A DNA stretch of 63,965 bases, filler included, from Reclinomonas americana ATCC 50394 (Eukaryota), in NCBI GenBank assembly GCA_048213135.1. It is 6 parts of 3 records of this genome, joined end to end, with 100 filler letters (N's around TTAATTAATTAA, not from the genome) between each part and the next. Parts side by side here need not be neighbours in the genome. Positions count along the whole stretch, not along the records: positions 1 to 31,907 come from PS015298.1; 5 more parts are not named here. The stretch is one strand, 5' to 3'. Below the pieces are notes generated by a model. That model searched no databases. It was not told the DNA's origin and worked only from the letters and a program-made list of their open reading frames with translations. A program made the position numbers and the translations under genes. Of this stretch, positions 12,110-24,348 are shown in pieces (within the stretch, counting starts at the first letter, position 1; every line of letters starts with the position of its first letter).

Positions 12110-15100
12110 ATGGCTGACTTGGAGAACGGCTATCAGCAGGCGACCACGCAGCAGCAGCATGAGAGCACTCGCTTGCTCTCCTCCAGTGTCCCGCGCTCTG
12201 CACAGTTACGCGCGCGTGTGCATGCAACACACACCTATGCAACATTCACTGCTCATTGCTCTCCACCACAGTGTGACGTGGGCCGATGATCGACACATGT
12301 TCCGACGGCCGCCTATTGACTCAGGCACGCACACACACACACTCTCTGTGTCGCGACTTGCTCTCATTCGCACATTGCACAGATGACGAAGACGATGATG
12401 ACAGCAGCATGCTGGAGCCAGAGGAGGAAGAAGACGAGACCTCGTCCACAGCCGGTGACGAGTCGTCATCACACAAGCCGCAGCCTGCAGCAGCAGCAAT
12501 AGCAGCAACAGGAGGAGATGTGGAGAGCAGCACAGCAATGCCTCCTCCTGCACTCGTCGCTCGCCCACGCGGATCATCGCTGTTGGTCAGTCGCTCACTG
12601 AGTCACCCTTGCGCATGCTGTTGCTCACCTCTCTCTCTCATGACAGCGCTCGCCTGGAGCACCTGGCAACGGTGCATCGACGACGCTGAGTGACTCGGAT
12701 AGTGCGCCGTCGGCGGCGAAACGAACGCGCGATCGCACGGCCTCGTTTTACGCCATGCAGCCGGAACAAATGTCGACGCTGCCGTCGTTCAAGGTCGTGC
12801 AGCACGTGCGTGGCAACAAGGTCAAGATGGTGCACGATGATCGGTCTGTCCGTGTGTCGCCTTCCACAGGTTTTCGTGTGCTTGCAGGCGATGACTGACT
12901 CGTTCTCGTGCAGGGCGGTGCGTGTTGGCGATGGCGATCGTCCCTCTCCTCTCCTTTCCTCTTCCTCTTTCCTGCCGACGCGATTCTGTGATTTGCGACC
13001 TACCCTCTCCCACTCTATTCGCTTTAACATTCCACTTTCCTTCCGAGCGATTCTGCAATCGTCGTGACCTCTCCTCAGTCATTCTTCTCCCTTTCCAGTT
13101 CTACTGACGCGATTCTGTGACTCGTGGCCTCTTCAATTTCCTGTTTCCGGCGACTAGAGTCTGTGTCTCGTGACCTCTCCTCTCCCTCTCTTCTTTCTTC
13201 CTCTTTCCTGCCGACGCGATTCTGTGATTCGCCACCTATCCTCTCCCACTCTTCTCCCTTCCTCTTCCACTTTCCTTCCGAGCGATTCTGCAATCGTCGT
13301 GCTCTCTTCTCAGCCACTCTTCTCCCGTTCCAGTTCTACTGACGCGATTCTGTGACTCGTGGCCTCTTCGATTTCCTGTTTCCGGCGACTAGAGTCTGTG
13401 ACTCGTGACCTCTCCTCTCCCTCTCTTCTTTCTTCCTCTTTCCTTCCGAGCGATTCTGCAATCGTCGTGCCTTCTCCTCAGCCACTCTTCTCCATATGCC
13501 ATTCTCATTCCTTCCAACGTGATCTGTTATTCATCGTCTCTTTCCCCCCTGTTATCCCCGTCCCTTCCCCCGTCCCTTCCCCCGTCCCTTCCCCCCTCAT
13601 TCTCCCTTTACCTTCCCTTGTCCCTTCCCCCGCCCCTTATCCCTGCCCTCGTTGTTATCGCAGCTATTCTCCGTCTCCAAGCCGTTCTACTACGGCATCC
13701 TTCGCGGCCTGGGCTTGTGGGTGCCGGAGACGACACGTGTGCGCCTCTTCCTCTTCCTCACCCTATTCCTGCTGATCTTTGCGTGCTCCGGCAACATTGT
13801 CGGCATTATTCTCTTCAAGGAGAAGCAATTTGAGAAGGTGAAGATGGGGTGTGCGCCAGTTCTCTGCGTGTACCTTGCTTCTCATGGTCCGTGCAGTTTT
13901 ACAACATTGTTCGTGTGGCATTCTTGTTTGCGTCGGTGTTTTTCGCCATCACGTATCTGCGTTGCGTCGGGGGGTTCTTGTGCATAGCATGCGGGTCACC
14001 TTGTCGTCTCATCGCTCATTTGCCTGCACAGCCTCGAAGAACTGGCGACGACTGATGCAAGAGGCGGTCTATTCCGGTGCGTTGTTTGTCAGTCTGATTC
14101 CCCTGACCTTGTACTTACTTCTGCTCCCACAGACATTGTTAAGACCCGAAGGCACCTCAACGCGTCTGTTATTCTCGCCGTCGTGCTGCTGATCTTTGCT
14201 GTCGCCATTGACATGCCGGTGTGGATCTCGTACATGGAGGAGGAGGACATTTCCACGGTGTGGCTGGTGTGGCTGACCATTACCGGGTGCGTTGTTCACG
14301 AGAACGCCTCTCTTTCCATCTGCTCCCATCACCGCTAACTCTCATTCCACTTGCCAGCCTCTTCTTCCACGTCTACATGGTGCGAAACGTCCTGCCACTG
14401 TTCTTGGATTTCTCTTTTTCCCCCTCCGCTCACCTTGCCGCTTGTCGCAGTCTGCTGGATCGGCCATTTTTGTGGCAGTGTGCCTGCTCAAAGTCCTCGA
14501 GTGGGACAAGATGAATGAGCGCATCGCCAAGCGGTCGGAGCATGAGTCTGAGGTGAGAGAAAAGAACGAGCTCCTGTCCCCCTCATATGCTGATCTTCGA
14601 CACAGAAAACCATGATGGAACACAGTGCGCGCACTGCTGCGCTGAGTGACACCAACAAGAGGGTGGAGGTGTATCTGGCGCTCAACTTTGTAGCCTCACT
14701 ATCGCTCCTGGTCGTTGGTGCGTGTGGGAGAGAGAGCGACGAGAGGGCAAGAAACCTCACTGTCGTTTATTGCAGAGGTCTACGGCCTGGTGAGCGACTC
14801 GGCAAGCCATTTTGTGTGGTCCATGCGTTTTGCCCACACGTTGACGCTGACGATGCTGCCACTGTTGCGTGCATCACCTTTGCCTTGGCGGCCGTCGTCA
14901 AGAACTCATCTGTTCTTTTTCGTCTCCCCGCGAAACAGGCTGGCCGCAGGCTATGTCACCGCCCGAGCCTCCAAGGTCAGTGCGTCATAGTGCTGTTGCG
15001 GGAGATGCAGTATGCGCTCACTCTCTGCTGCAGGGCCGCAAGATGATTGCCCGCATGCGTGCGCACGCCGAGACTGAGGACGGTCGGAAAGGCCTGCAAG

Positions 15101-15295
15101 ACCTGCTGGTCTACTACATTGCCACCGACGCTGCCTTGCGTTTGGTACGTGTGGCCTCACATCACACTGTTCCCCATTCTCCCCCTCACCCTCCCCACAC
15201 AGTTTGGCATGCGAATGGACTCGAGCTTCATCGCCAAGGTCGTGGTCATCGGATTCACCATCATCACATTTGTTTTGGCTCGTGCCTCTTCATGA
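12110..15295 (+). CDS. Seven-TM gustatory-receptor-like (GRL / 7TM ion channel, DUF3537-like) protein, ~16 exons
   Basis: Spliced product has an acidic low-complexity N-terminus, ILRGLGLW motif, 7 hydrophobic segments, a long TM4-TM5 loop (EHSARTAALSDTNKRVEVYL) and C-terminus DLLVYYIATDAALRLFGMRMDSSFIAKVVVIGFTIITFVLARASS. Confidence 0.7.
12945..13490. repeat. Intronic tandem repeat, ~235-bp unit, ~2.3 copies
   Basis: 'ttccgagcgattctgcaatcgtcgtg' recurs at ~13040, 13276 and 13444. 'ccagttctactgacgcgattctgtgactcgtggcctcttc' recurs at ~13095 and 13330. Confidence 0.9.
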
Positions 15296-15329
15296 AATCA
15301 CTTAATGCAAAGTCGCTGTCGCGGCTACC

Positions 15330-18300
15330 CTATACACGTTGGCCGCTAAAGATAAGGAAAAGCGCAGACGCCAGCGCTAGAAGGCTGGCAAATATCTGCA
15401 GGGAGAGGTGCCAGTGAGTCGAGAGCCACCCAACTCCCATCCCACAGCTCATCACTCACCCAGAACTGCCTCTCGCGTTCCACCACGTACTGCCGGTGTG
15501 ACTGACGCTCCTGTAACAAGCGCATCTCCGTCTGCTTCACCACGCCAGCCACCTGATCCAACAAATCGCAGTCGAGTGCCACCCGCTGCGTACGGAACGC
15601 CTCGTCGATGGAGCCCATTCGCTCACGAAGGCGGTCCAGATCGTGACGCAGATGATCTCGCTCCTCACCGACGGCGGCAAGATTCCGGTCGACTTCTCCC
15701 TTGCCCGCACGCAGTCGAGCAAGCTGCTGGTTCAGTTCTTCGAGCTGACGGCGCGTGGCCACTTGACTCTCCTGCAGGTGTTTCTCCGCGTTCTGCTTGT
15801 CGCCTTCGAGACGTTTAACCTGCTTCTGCGCCTCGCGGTCCGCCGCCTCCGCCTTGGTCACTTGGTCCGCCAGCTGCCGCCTCAGGTCTTGCTCACTCGT
15901 CTGCAGAGTGGTGACCCGAGTCGCGGCGGTGCGGAGATCACGGTCCATCTGCTGCAGGCGTGCGTCGACACGCTCGAATTCTGCCTGCGCCTTCTCGGCG
16001 GTTTCGCGCGCCGCGGCCAGCTCGGCCTCGAGCTCTCCGATGCGTCGGTTGAGAGTTTCGACCTGCGCCGCCTCTGGTAGGACACGCTCGGCGCTCTCCC
16101 GGAGCTGCTTCTCGAGGGCCGCCACACGGGCCGCCATCTCCTCCAGCCGCCGAGCGTCCTCCTTCCCCTTCCGCTCCGCCTCTGCATGCTGGCGGCTCGC
16201 CTTGCCGGCCGCAGCGTGTGCGTCGGCGTGTGCCTTGCGCAGCTGGTCGTTGAGTTCGTTCGTCTGCTGCTCCAGCTCCGCGACGTGCTTACGCAGTGCC
16301 TCGTCACCACTCGAACTCTTGGTCGTAGACATGGCAGCCGCCATCGCCGACTCGGCCAGAACGGCCGCAAATCGCTCCTGCTCCTTGGTCAGCTGTGCCT
16401 TCGCCTCAAACACGCGGCTTTCGGCCTCCACCTTGGCCGCCTCCACCTCCCGCTGCGCGCTGAGAACATGCTGTTGAACCTCGAGCAACTCCTTCGCGTG
16501 CTGATCGGTGAGAGACCGCACAGTGCTCTCCCGTCGTGCATCGGCCGCCTCCACCTGCTGTCGCAGCATTTGAACCAGCTGCTGCTCGTCGGCAAACTTG
16601 TTCTGCGCGTCGATGAGCTGGTTCTGAGCATCGGCCAGCTGCTCGGCGGCGCTGCTGGCCTTCTTCTGCGCCTCGGCGACTTGCTTGTGGGCATCCTCCA
16701 GTTCATGGCGAGCGTGCCTCAAGTCGGCATCGACGCGTTCGAGATCGCGCTCTGCCTGCGCCAGTTTGGCGCTGACCGTGTCAATCTCCGCCAGACGCGA
16801 GGTGCTGCCGGCCCTCAACACCACCAACTCCTCCCTGGCCTCGCGCAACTGCGAGCGCGCATCGGCCAGCTCCGCCTGCGCCTGCTCTGATGCGTGTGAT
16901 GATGGCGCCGCTGGGGACGCTACTGATGAAGATGATGACAGCTCGTCGACTTGCGACCTCAGCGCATTGACCTTGTCCTGTTCCTCCTGCAGTACATGCT
17001 GCAGGGCTTCCACTTGCGCAGCACGGGAAGCAATCTGACACACACGCAGAGGGACGGTGAGATCAAGAGTAAGCAGAGCAATAAATAGGAGATGCACACC
17101 TCTCGCTTCAGTGCCTCCTCGCGCTCGTGGAACTTTGCCTCAGCCTCCGTCAACCGCTTCTCGCCCTCGCCTACTCGTCCCTCGGCTTGCTTGAGATCCG
17201 ACTGTAGTTTCTCGCAGGCAGCCTTACTGCGAGCCAGCTGCTGCTCGACCTCAGCCAAGTGCCTTGACGTGTTGTCCTGCAAACAAAAATGTCACACCCT
17301 TGCGCACGCCAACGGACATGACAAAAACACTCACCTTCTCCGCCTGCGCATGGCGCACCTGTTCCTGTGCGTCGCGCGCCTGCTTCTCTGCGCGTTCCAG
17401 ATGGGCGCTCTTGACGCGCAACTCGTCCGCTTGGTCCGCCTTCGACTTTTTCACCTGGTCCAGTTCGCCCTCCAGCTGCTTCACACGCTGCTGCGATGCA
17501 TCCAGAGCCTGCTTTCTGGCCGACGCCTCCACTACTCCCTTCGTCTCCGAGTCGATCTGCAGTTGCTGAAGTTTGCTAAACTTGTGCTGCTCCTCTGACA
17601 GCTTCCGTTGCAGCCGCTCCACAGTCGACGCATTGTCGGACTCCACCAAAGCCAGCGCACGACGTGCCTCCAGGAGCTCACGCTCCCGCTGTTCAAGTAA
17701 CGCCGACAATTCCAAGTACTTTTCCATCGCCATTTCCAACGCCTCAGCAACTATGGACGGACGGATCATCGGATAAGCAACAACAACTGCAACAACAGTC
17801 GACTTCGCTTGAGCGAGTCGCACCTTCAGCCGGCACGGGCTGGTCTTCGTCAGCGTCCACCACAGCAGATGCGGAGGACGCGCCGTCACAGTTACCATTC
17901 TGCATCGCGGCACCTGTGTTCGCGTGAGGTGAGCGGGCGGCGAGACGCAAACTCTTGCCAAGCAATTGCACGCAACTCATCGAATCGCTAACATGATCTG
18001 CGACACAAGTGTGTGAGCAGCTGCGACAATGTAACACCGAGCAGCACGAGCACTCACCAACGATCCGAGTGCCCAACATGGCGGAAACGTGGTCCACACT
18101 TGACTGCATGTCGGACACCAGCGATTTCGGTGATGAAGGTGGCGATCTGGCACTGTCGTCGACTGTTGCTGCTGCGGAACGAGATTCGGGAGACGCAGCG
18201 GACGCTGCGGCAGAAGCACTCGAAGCCTTGCGTCGGTGAGCCTCGGAGACTCGCGACATGTCTTGCAGCAGTGCTGTGGCCTGTTGATAGCCGGCCGACA

Positions 18301-20364
18301 CCTGCTGTTCCATCGACTGCAGGCGGCTGCGTGCGTCCTTCAGTGCCGACTGACTGGCTTCCAGCTCGCGCTCCAAGTCTCGAATGCGCCCAACTGCCAC
18401 CTCGGGCGTCAATGGTGTTCCCTTGCTGTCGGATCCAGTAAACAGCTGCAGATGCACAATCATGTTATTGACTTGTGCGTTGCGTTAGGAAGAACGAACA
18501 CAGTCACGCACCACATTCGTCGACTTGATAGGAGTTCGGAACTCATCCTGCGTCACGCACACACACACACATATGAGCAACTCGAAGACACGCGAACACC
18601 GAGAGAGATACAAACGCACCGGGAAGAGACTGGATCCAGACTGAGGAACAGTGTACGCAACGCGCTGCTCACTGAGATCTTGCTCGGGGCTGGACACTTG
18701 CGACACATCGTGCGTGTGCTTTTGCAACAGCTTGTCGACGGTCGAGGAGATCTTGTCGATGCGCCTGCACGAAGATCACCGGTGAGAGGTGAGCCGAACC
18801 ACTGGCAAACGGGGATTTTGCACAGTGACGAAACGCAAGAGGTGACGACGGCAGTGGAACCACGTCGGTCAACTTGGTCACTTGGAGCAGCTTGGTGAAC
18901 TTGTGGCACAGCTTGTCCATTCGCGCAAGCAACTGCGACGAATCATCAGCGGGTAGTCGTACAAAATGTGACGCGACACGAGAGTACTCACCCGCTCCGA
19001 GTCGGCATCCAGCACGGACGACGACGACGAGCCCGGGGTGCCGATCGACTCGTCGAGATCCGTCACCTCCAGACCGCGACTGGACGAGTGCAAGCTGCTG
19101 TCATCGTCGGCCACAGATGTGGCTGACGACTGCGCCAGAGGCACCTCCTGGAAGTTGCCGCTGCCCCACGCCGACTCTGCAACCTCCTCCATCAGCTCGC
19201 TCTCCAGCGAGCCACGTAGCGCACCGTCCATGCGCGATGCCGTGAAATCGTACACTGAAGTCTGACGCGCGTGGTGCGCAGCACCCTGCTTGTCCCTCGA
19301 CACGTTGAGGCACGAGAACGAGAGAGAGAGAGGAAACACAAACACAGCGGGGCACGCACCATCATCGACATGCTTCGTGTCAGATCCGAATTCGTCTTGT
19401 TCAACTTGGCAATCGTCTGCGACGCGACCTCCAGCTTTTGCTGCAGATCCTCCACCACCATCTGCATCACCTCCTGTGACTTGATCTCCGTCATCTGCGA
19501 TCGCTCCGTGTACGCGGTCAGGCCGGCGACATCGGCCACCTCCTCCTGCACCCACCCATCGGCGTTCCTCTCCAGCTCCGAGCTCAACATGCGGAACTTG
19601 ATGTACAGCGCCTCCAGATCGCGATCGAAACGTGAAATCGAGTGCGGTGTGCCCGGAATGCGTGGTGAGGAGGCAGTGCTGGGTGATTGCGGTGGTGTGG
19701 AGGGGAGCTGGGAGAGGGAGAGGGGGAGAGGGGAGAGAGAGCGGGAGAGGAAGAGGATAGGAGAGGAGAGGAGAGGAGAGGAGAGGGAGAGGGGAGAGGG
19801 GAGAGGGGAGAGGGAGAGGGAGAGGGAGAGGGAGAGGGAGAGGGTGAGGGTGAGGGAGAGGGTGAGGGAGAGGGAGAGGATGCGGGAGAGGGTGAGGGAG
19901 AGGGAGAGGGTGAGGGAGAGGGAGAGGGAAGAGGGAGGGGAAGGGAAAGGAAGGGAAGGGAAGAAGGAAGAGGGAAGAGGGAAGAGAGATAAAGAGAAAG
20001 GGAAGGAAGAGAGAGAGGGAGAGAGAGAGGAGGGACACACAAACACGCAGAGGGATGAAGAGGGAGAGGAGGGGGAGAGGGAGCGATTCAGTCGAAATGA
20101 GAGACACTCAGAGACGCGCGCGCGCAAGAGGCACACCTCGCTGGTCGGTGTGGATCCCATCCACGAAGGAGTCGACGATCGACTGGCCAGCTCCGACAGC
20201 GTCTCACGCAGCGTTGAGATCTTGGTCATCGCCTCCAGAATCTGCCCGAGACTGTTCTCCAACACATGACCGAGACGAGTGCGTGGCGATCGACCATCGC
20301 TCAAACTCGCAGTGCTCACTCCGCGTGGCAGCGAGAGAGTGGGCACAGTCGGCGGGCGACTCAT
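15330..20364 (-). CDS. Long coiled-coil protein with C-terminal transmembrane tail anchor (paralog A; golgin-like architecture)
   Basis: Multi-exon heptad-rich ORFs (15346-17097, 17251-17961 and others). The last intron (tgg|gtgagt...cag|) yields QFW-IFASLLALASALFLIFSGQRV*. N-terminal exons are homologous to paralog B. Confidence 0.7.
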
Positions 20365-21280
20365 TGCTGCAAAGAGAAGGGAGAGAGTGTGTGTCAGCGC
20401 CTGTCATCATGCACTTCAACGTGTCAATGCCAATTGCACATGCGTGTTTGGTGTCACAGAGTGTCGCACTTCTCTCTTTTCTCCCCTCCCTCTCTCTCAC
20501 CCGCTGTCGTCGATGTTGCGTCCACTGAAATCCCGACATGACACGATAACGACGCAGAGGAACAAAGGACGAATATGCACTGACAATAGCGAGGAGGCGG
20601 AGAGAAAGAGAGGGTGCATACACACGCTGATATCGCACACACATGTGCACAGTGCAGCACAGAGAGAGAGAGAGTGAGTGCATGAAAGAGAGAGTGCGCG
20701 GGAGAGACATCGCGCGCGCGCGCGAAACATACCAGACTTTCTGCGTGTGCGAGCCTTGTGTATTCTTCGCCTCACCTACAGGTGCACACTCTTTCCTTTC
20801 CGCAGTGTGAACGAGCGTACACGCGGTCGCTTCTCCGTCGTAAAAAAGGGATGGCGGGACATGCATCGACACAGGACGACGGCTCTCTCAAGTTTCCTCG
20901 GTTTTTATGACGTGCACCAAAGACAGCATTAACATCACGGTCGCGAGGGCGACTCGAGACTGCACCCGGCATGCAAAGAGACTGCTCCGTACCCCTGCAG
21001 ACAGGAAATCACCGCAGTTGGGTGGCTCGTAAATTTAAAAGAGGGTCTACGGTGTCCACATTCACAGGCGCTTGCGTGACCAGGTGCTCATGATCGCGAT
21101 CGCGGGGCTTAGAAAATCGTTCTTCAGGTGTTCGGGGCCGGGGCCACTGACCTCCAAAAAATCTGCGGGGACAAAGAGTCCCGCTGCGCTCGCAAAGGCA
21201 ATTGTCTCCCCTATTGTTGTCGTTGGAGCGAAGACCGTCTCGCTCTTCTACGTGTGTGCCTTTTCCCCCTCTCGCGAAAA

Positions 21281-22299
21281 ATGTCCAAGCCGCGTATATC
21301 GTACTTTTACGACTGTTGCGTCGTGTGCGTTGTAAATTGCAATTGCAGAGCGCGCGGCACTGCGCTTTTGTTTTGTGTGCGCGTTTGCCATACTGTATCT
21401 GTGTGCGTCGTGCGTGGTGTGAGTGTGTGAAGCCTGAAGAATTCAAGGAGCTTGCCGCCGAAAGAAATTGAACAGTTGTTTATTCTTTATCCCGGCCCCA
21501 ACCTCTCCCAGTCCCCTTTCTCTGTCTTCCTTCCCCTTGACTTTCGCTGGGTTCTGCCCCTCTCCGTGTACCCCTCCTTTCTTTTGTGAGGGTTATGCTC
21601 ACTTGTCCGAATTCAACATTTTAAATTTGCAGCCGCGATTGGAAACTTTTACTATGGCCAAGGCCACGAGATGAAGCCGCACCGCATTAAGATGACACAC
21701 AACCTCGTCCTCAACTACGGCCTGCACAAGAAGATGGCGGTGTATGTTGCGTTTTCACCACCAAACCATTTCGCTTTGCTTTCTTTTCCATCCTTTCACG
21801 TTCTCACTGTCGCTTGCAGAGACCGCACTTGTCGACGGAGCAAGAGCTCACCAAGTTCCACACGGACGACTACATTGACTTCTTGCGGCGAATCTCGCCC
21901 GAGAACATGCAGGACTTTTCGCGGCAACTCAGCCTCTGTTGCGTCCCCTCCTTTTTTTCTCCTCTCCCTCCCTCTCTTATCCTCTCCCTCACCTTCACCG
22001 CCTCCTCCGCAGTCAATGTGGGCAACGAGTGCCCGGTCTTTGACGGCCTTTACGAGTTTTGCCAGATTTGTGCTGGCGGCTCAGTGGCCGGTGCGGTCAA
22101 GCTCAACACGGGCCAGTCTGATGTGCGTTCCACCTTGCATTACACACCCCTTTGCGCCTCCTCTCTCACAATGACGTCATCGCAGATTGCCATCAACTGG
22201 GCCGGTGGTTTGCACCATGCCAAGAAGGCTGAGGCATCGGGTTTCTGCTACGTCAACGACATTGTGCTTGGCATCTTGGAGCTGCTGAAGTTGCGTCTA

Positions 22300-22343
<44 letters not shown>

Positions 22344-22759
22344 GTACTACGTACTACCGTCCGTTCGTTCGTACACGCGAGACACACGAGAGAGAGAGAG
22401 AGTGAGTGCATAGAAGAGAGTAGTGCGGGGGAGAGACAGCGCGCGCGCGCGACGAACTACACGAGTACTTCTCGTCGNNNNNNNNNNNNNNNNNNNNNNN
22501 NNNNNNNNNNNNNNNNNNNNNNNNNNNNNNNNNNNNNNNNNNNNNNNNNNNNNNNNNNNNNNNNNNNNNNNNNNNNNNNNNNNNNNNNNNNNNNNNNNNN
22601 NNNNNNNNNNNNNNNNNNNNNNNNNNNNNNNNNNNNNNNAACGTACGGTACGGACGGTACGTCGGTTTCGTTCGTCGTACGTACGTAACCGAACGTAACG
22701 TTAGTTGTCGTTCGGTCGTACGTCGTTCGGTAGGTACGTCGTCGTCGTAGTGTCGTCTC

Positions 22760-22812
<53 letters not shown>

Positions 22813-24295
22813 TTTGCCCGGCTGACTCATCTCTCTCTCTGTCTCTTGTGTGTGCGCAGGGTGCATGCGCGTGTGCTGTACATCGACATTGACATTCACC
22901 ACGGCGACGGCGTGGAGGAGGCGTTCTACACCACCGACCGCGTGATGACGGTGTCGTTCCACAAGTTTGGCGACTACTTCCCCGGCACGGGCGACATTCG
23001 CGACGTTGGTGCCGGCGTCGGCAAGTACTACTCGCTCAACTTCCCGCTGAACGACGGCATGGATGACTTTAGCTACGAGAACATTTTCCGGCCGGTGCGT
23101 CAACCCTCTCCCCTCGTCTCTTTTTCTCCCATCTCACGCTTCACAGGTCATGCAACGTGTAATGGACTTTTACCAGCCGGGCGCCGTCGTGCTGCAATGT
23201 GGTGCCGACTCGCTGACGGGTGATCGCCTCGGCTGCTTCAACTTGTCGCTACGCGGCCACGCCGACTGCGTTGAGTTTATGAAGTCGTTCAACGTGCCGC
23301 TGTTGGTGCTCGGCGGTGGCGGCTACACAATACGCAATGTGGCGCGTTGCTGGACCTACGAGACAGCCGTGCTGTTGGGCCAGGAGATCTCGGATGGTAT
23401 GTGTGTGTTTGTCTTTCTTGCTTGCATGGATTCGTGCTCACGCTGGCGAGCAAANNNNNNNNNNNNNNNNNNNNNNNNNNNNNNNNNNNNNNNNNNNNNN
23501 NNNNNNNNNNNNNNNNNNNNNNNNNNNNNNNNNNNNNNNNNNNNNNNNNNNNNNNNNNNNNNNNNNNNNNNNNNNNNNNNNNNNNNNNNNNNNNNNNNNN
23601 NNNNNNNNNNNNNNNNNNNNNNNNNNNNNNNNNNNNNNNNNNNNNNNNNNNNNNNNNNNNNNNNNNNNNNNNNNNNNNNNNNNNNNNNNNNNNNNNNNNN
23701 NNNNNNNNNNNNNNNNNNNNNNNNNNNNNNNNNNNNNNNNNNNNNNNNNNNNNNNNNNNNNNNNNNNNNNNNNNNNNNNNNNNNNNNNNNNNNNNNNNNN
23801 NNNNNNNNNNNNNNNNNNNNNNNNNNNNNNNNNNNNNNNNNNNNNNNNNNNNNNNNNNNNNNNNNNNNNNNNNNNNNNNNNNNNNNNNNNNNNNNNNNNN
23901 NNNNNNNNNNNNNNNNNNNNNNNNNNNNNNNNNNNNNNNNNNNNNNNNNNNNNNNNNNNNNNNNNNNNNNNNNNNNNNNNNNNNNNNNNNNNNNNNNNNN
24001 NNNNNNNNNNNNNNNNNNNNNNNNNNNNNNNNNNNNNNNNNNNNNNNNNNNNNNNNNNNNNNNNNNNNNNNNNNNNNNNNNNNNNNNNNNNNNNNNNNNN
24101 NNNNNNNNNNNNNNNNNNNNNNNNNNNNNNNNNNNNNNNNNNNNNNNNNNNNNNNNNNNNNNNNNNNNNCACAGAACTTCCCTACAACGACTACTACGAG
24201 TACTTTGGCCCCGACTTCCGCCTCCACATCACACCCACCAGCATGGAGAACATGAACACATCTGACCAGCTGGAAAAGTACAAGTTGCGTACCTG

Positions 24296-24348
<53 letters not shown>

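Noticed and set aside
20400..21280. snRNA, tRNA or other ncRNA in the larger intergenic regions (also 34750-35400, 39920-40450)
   Set aside because: No U1 5' end (ATACTTACCTG), U6-like sequence or cloverleaf recognisable by eye. A covariance-model search would be needed.
22335..22765. Odd tacg/gtac/cgtcg-rich tracts beside gaps (also 48880-48920, 43830-43860)
   Set aside because: Look like low-quality pyrosequencing read ends after microsatellites rather than real elements.
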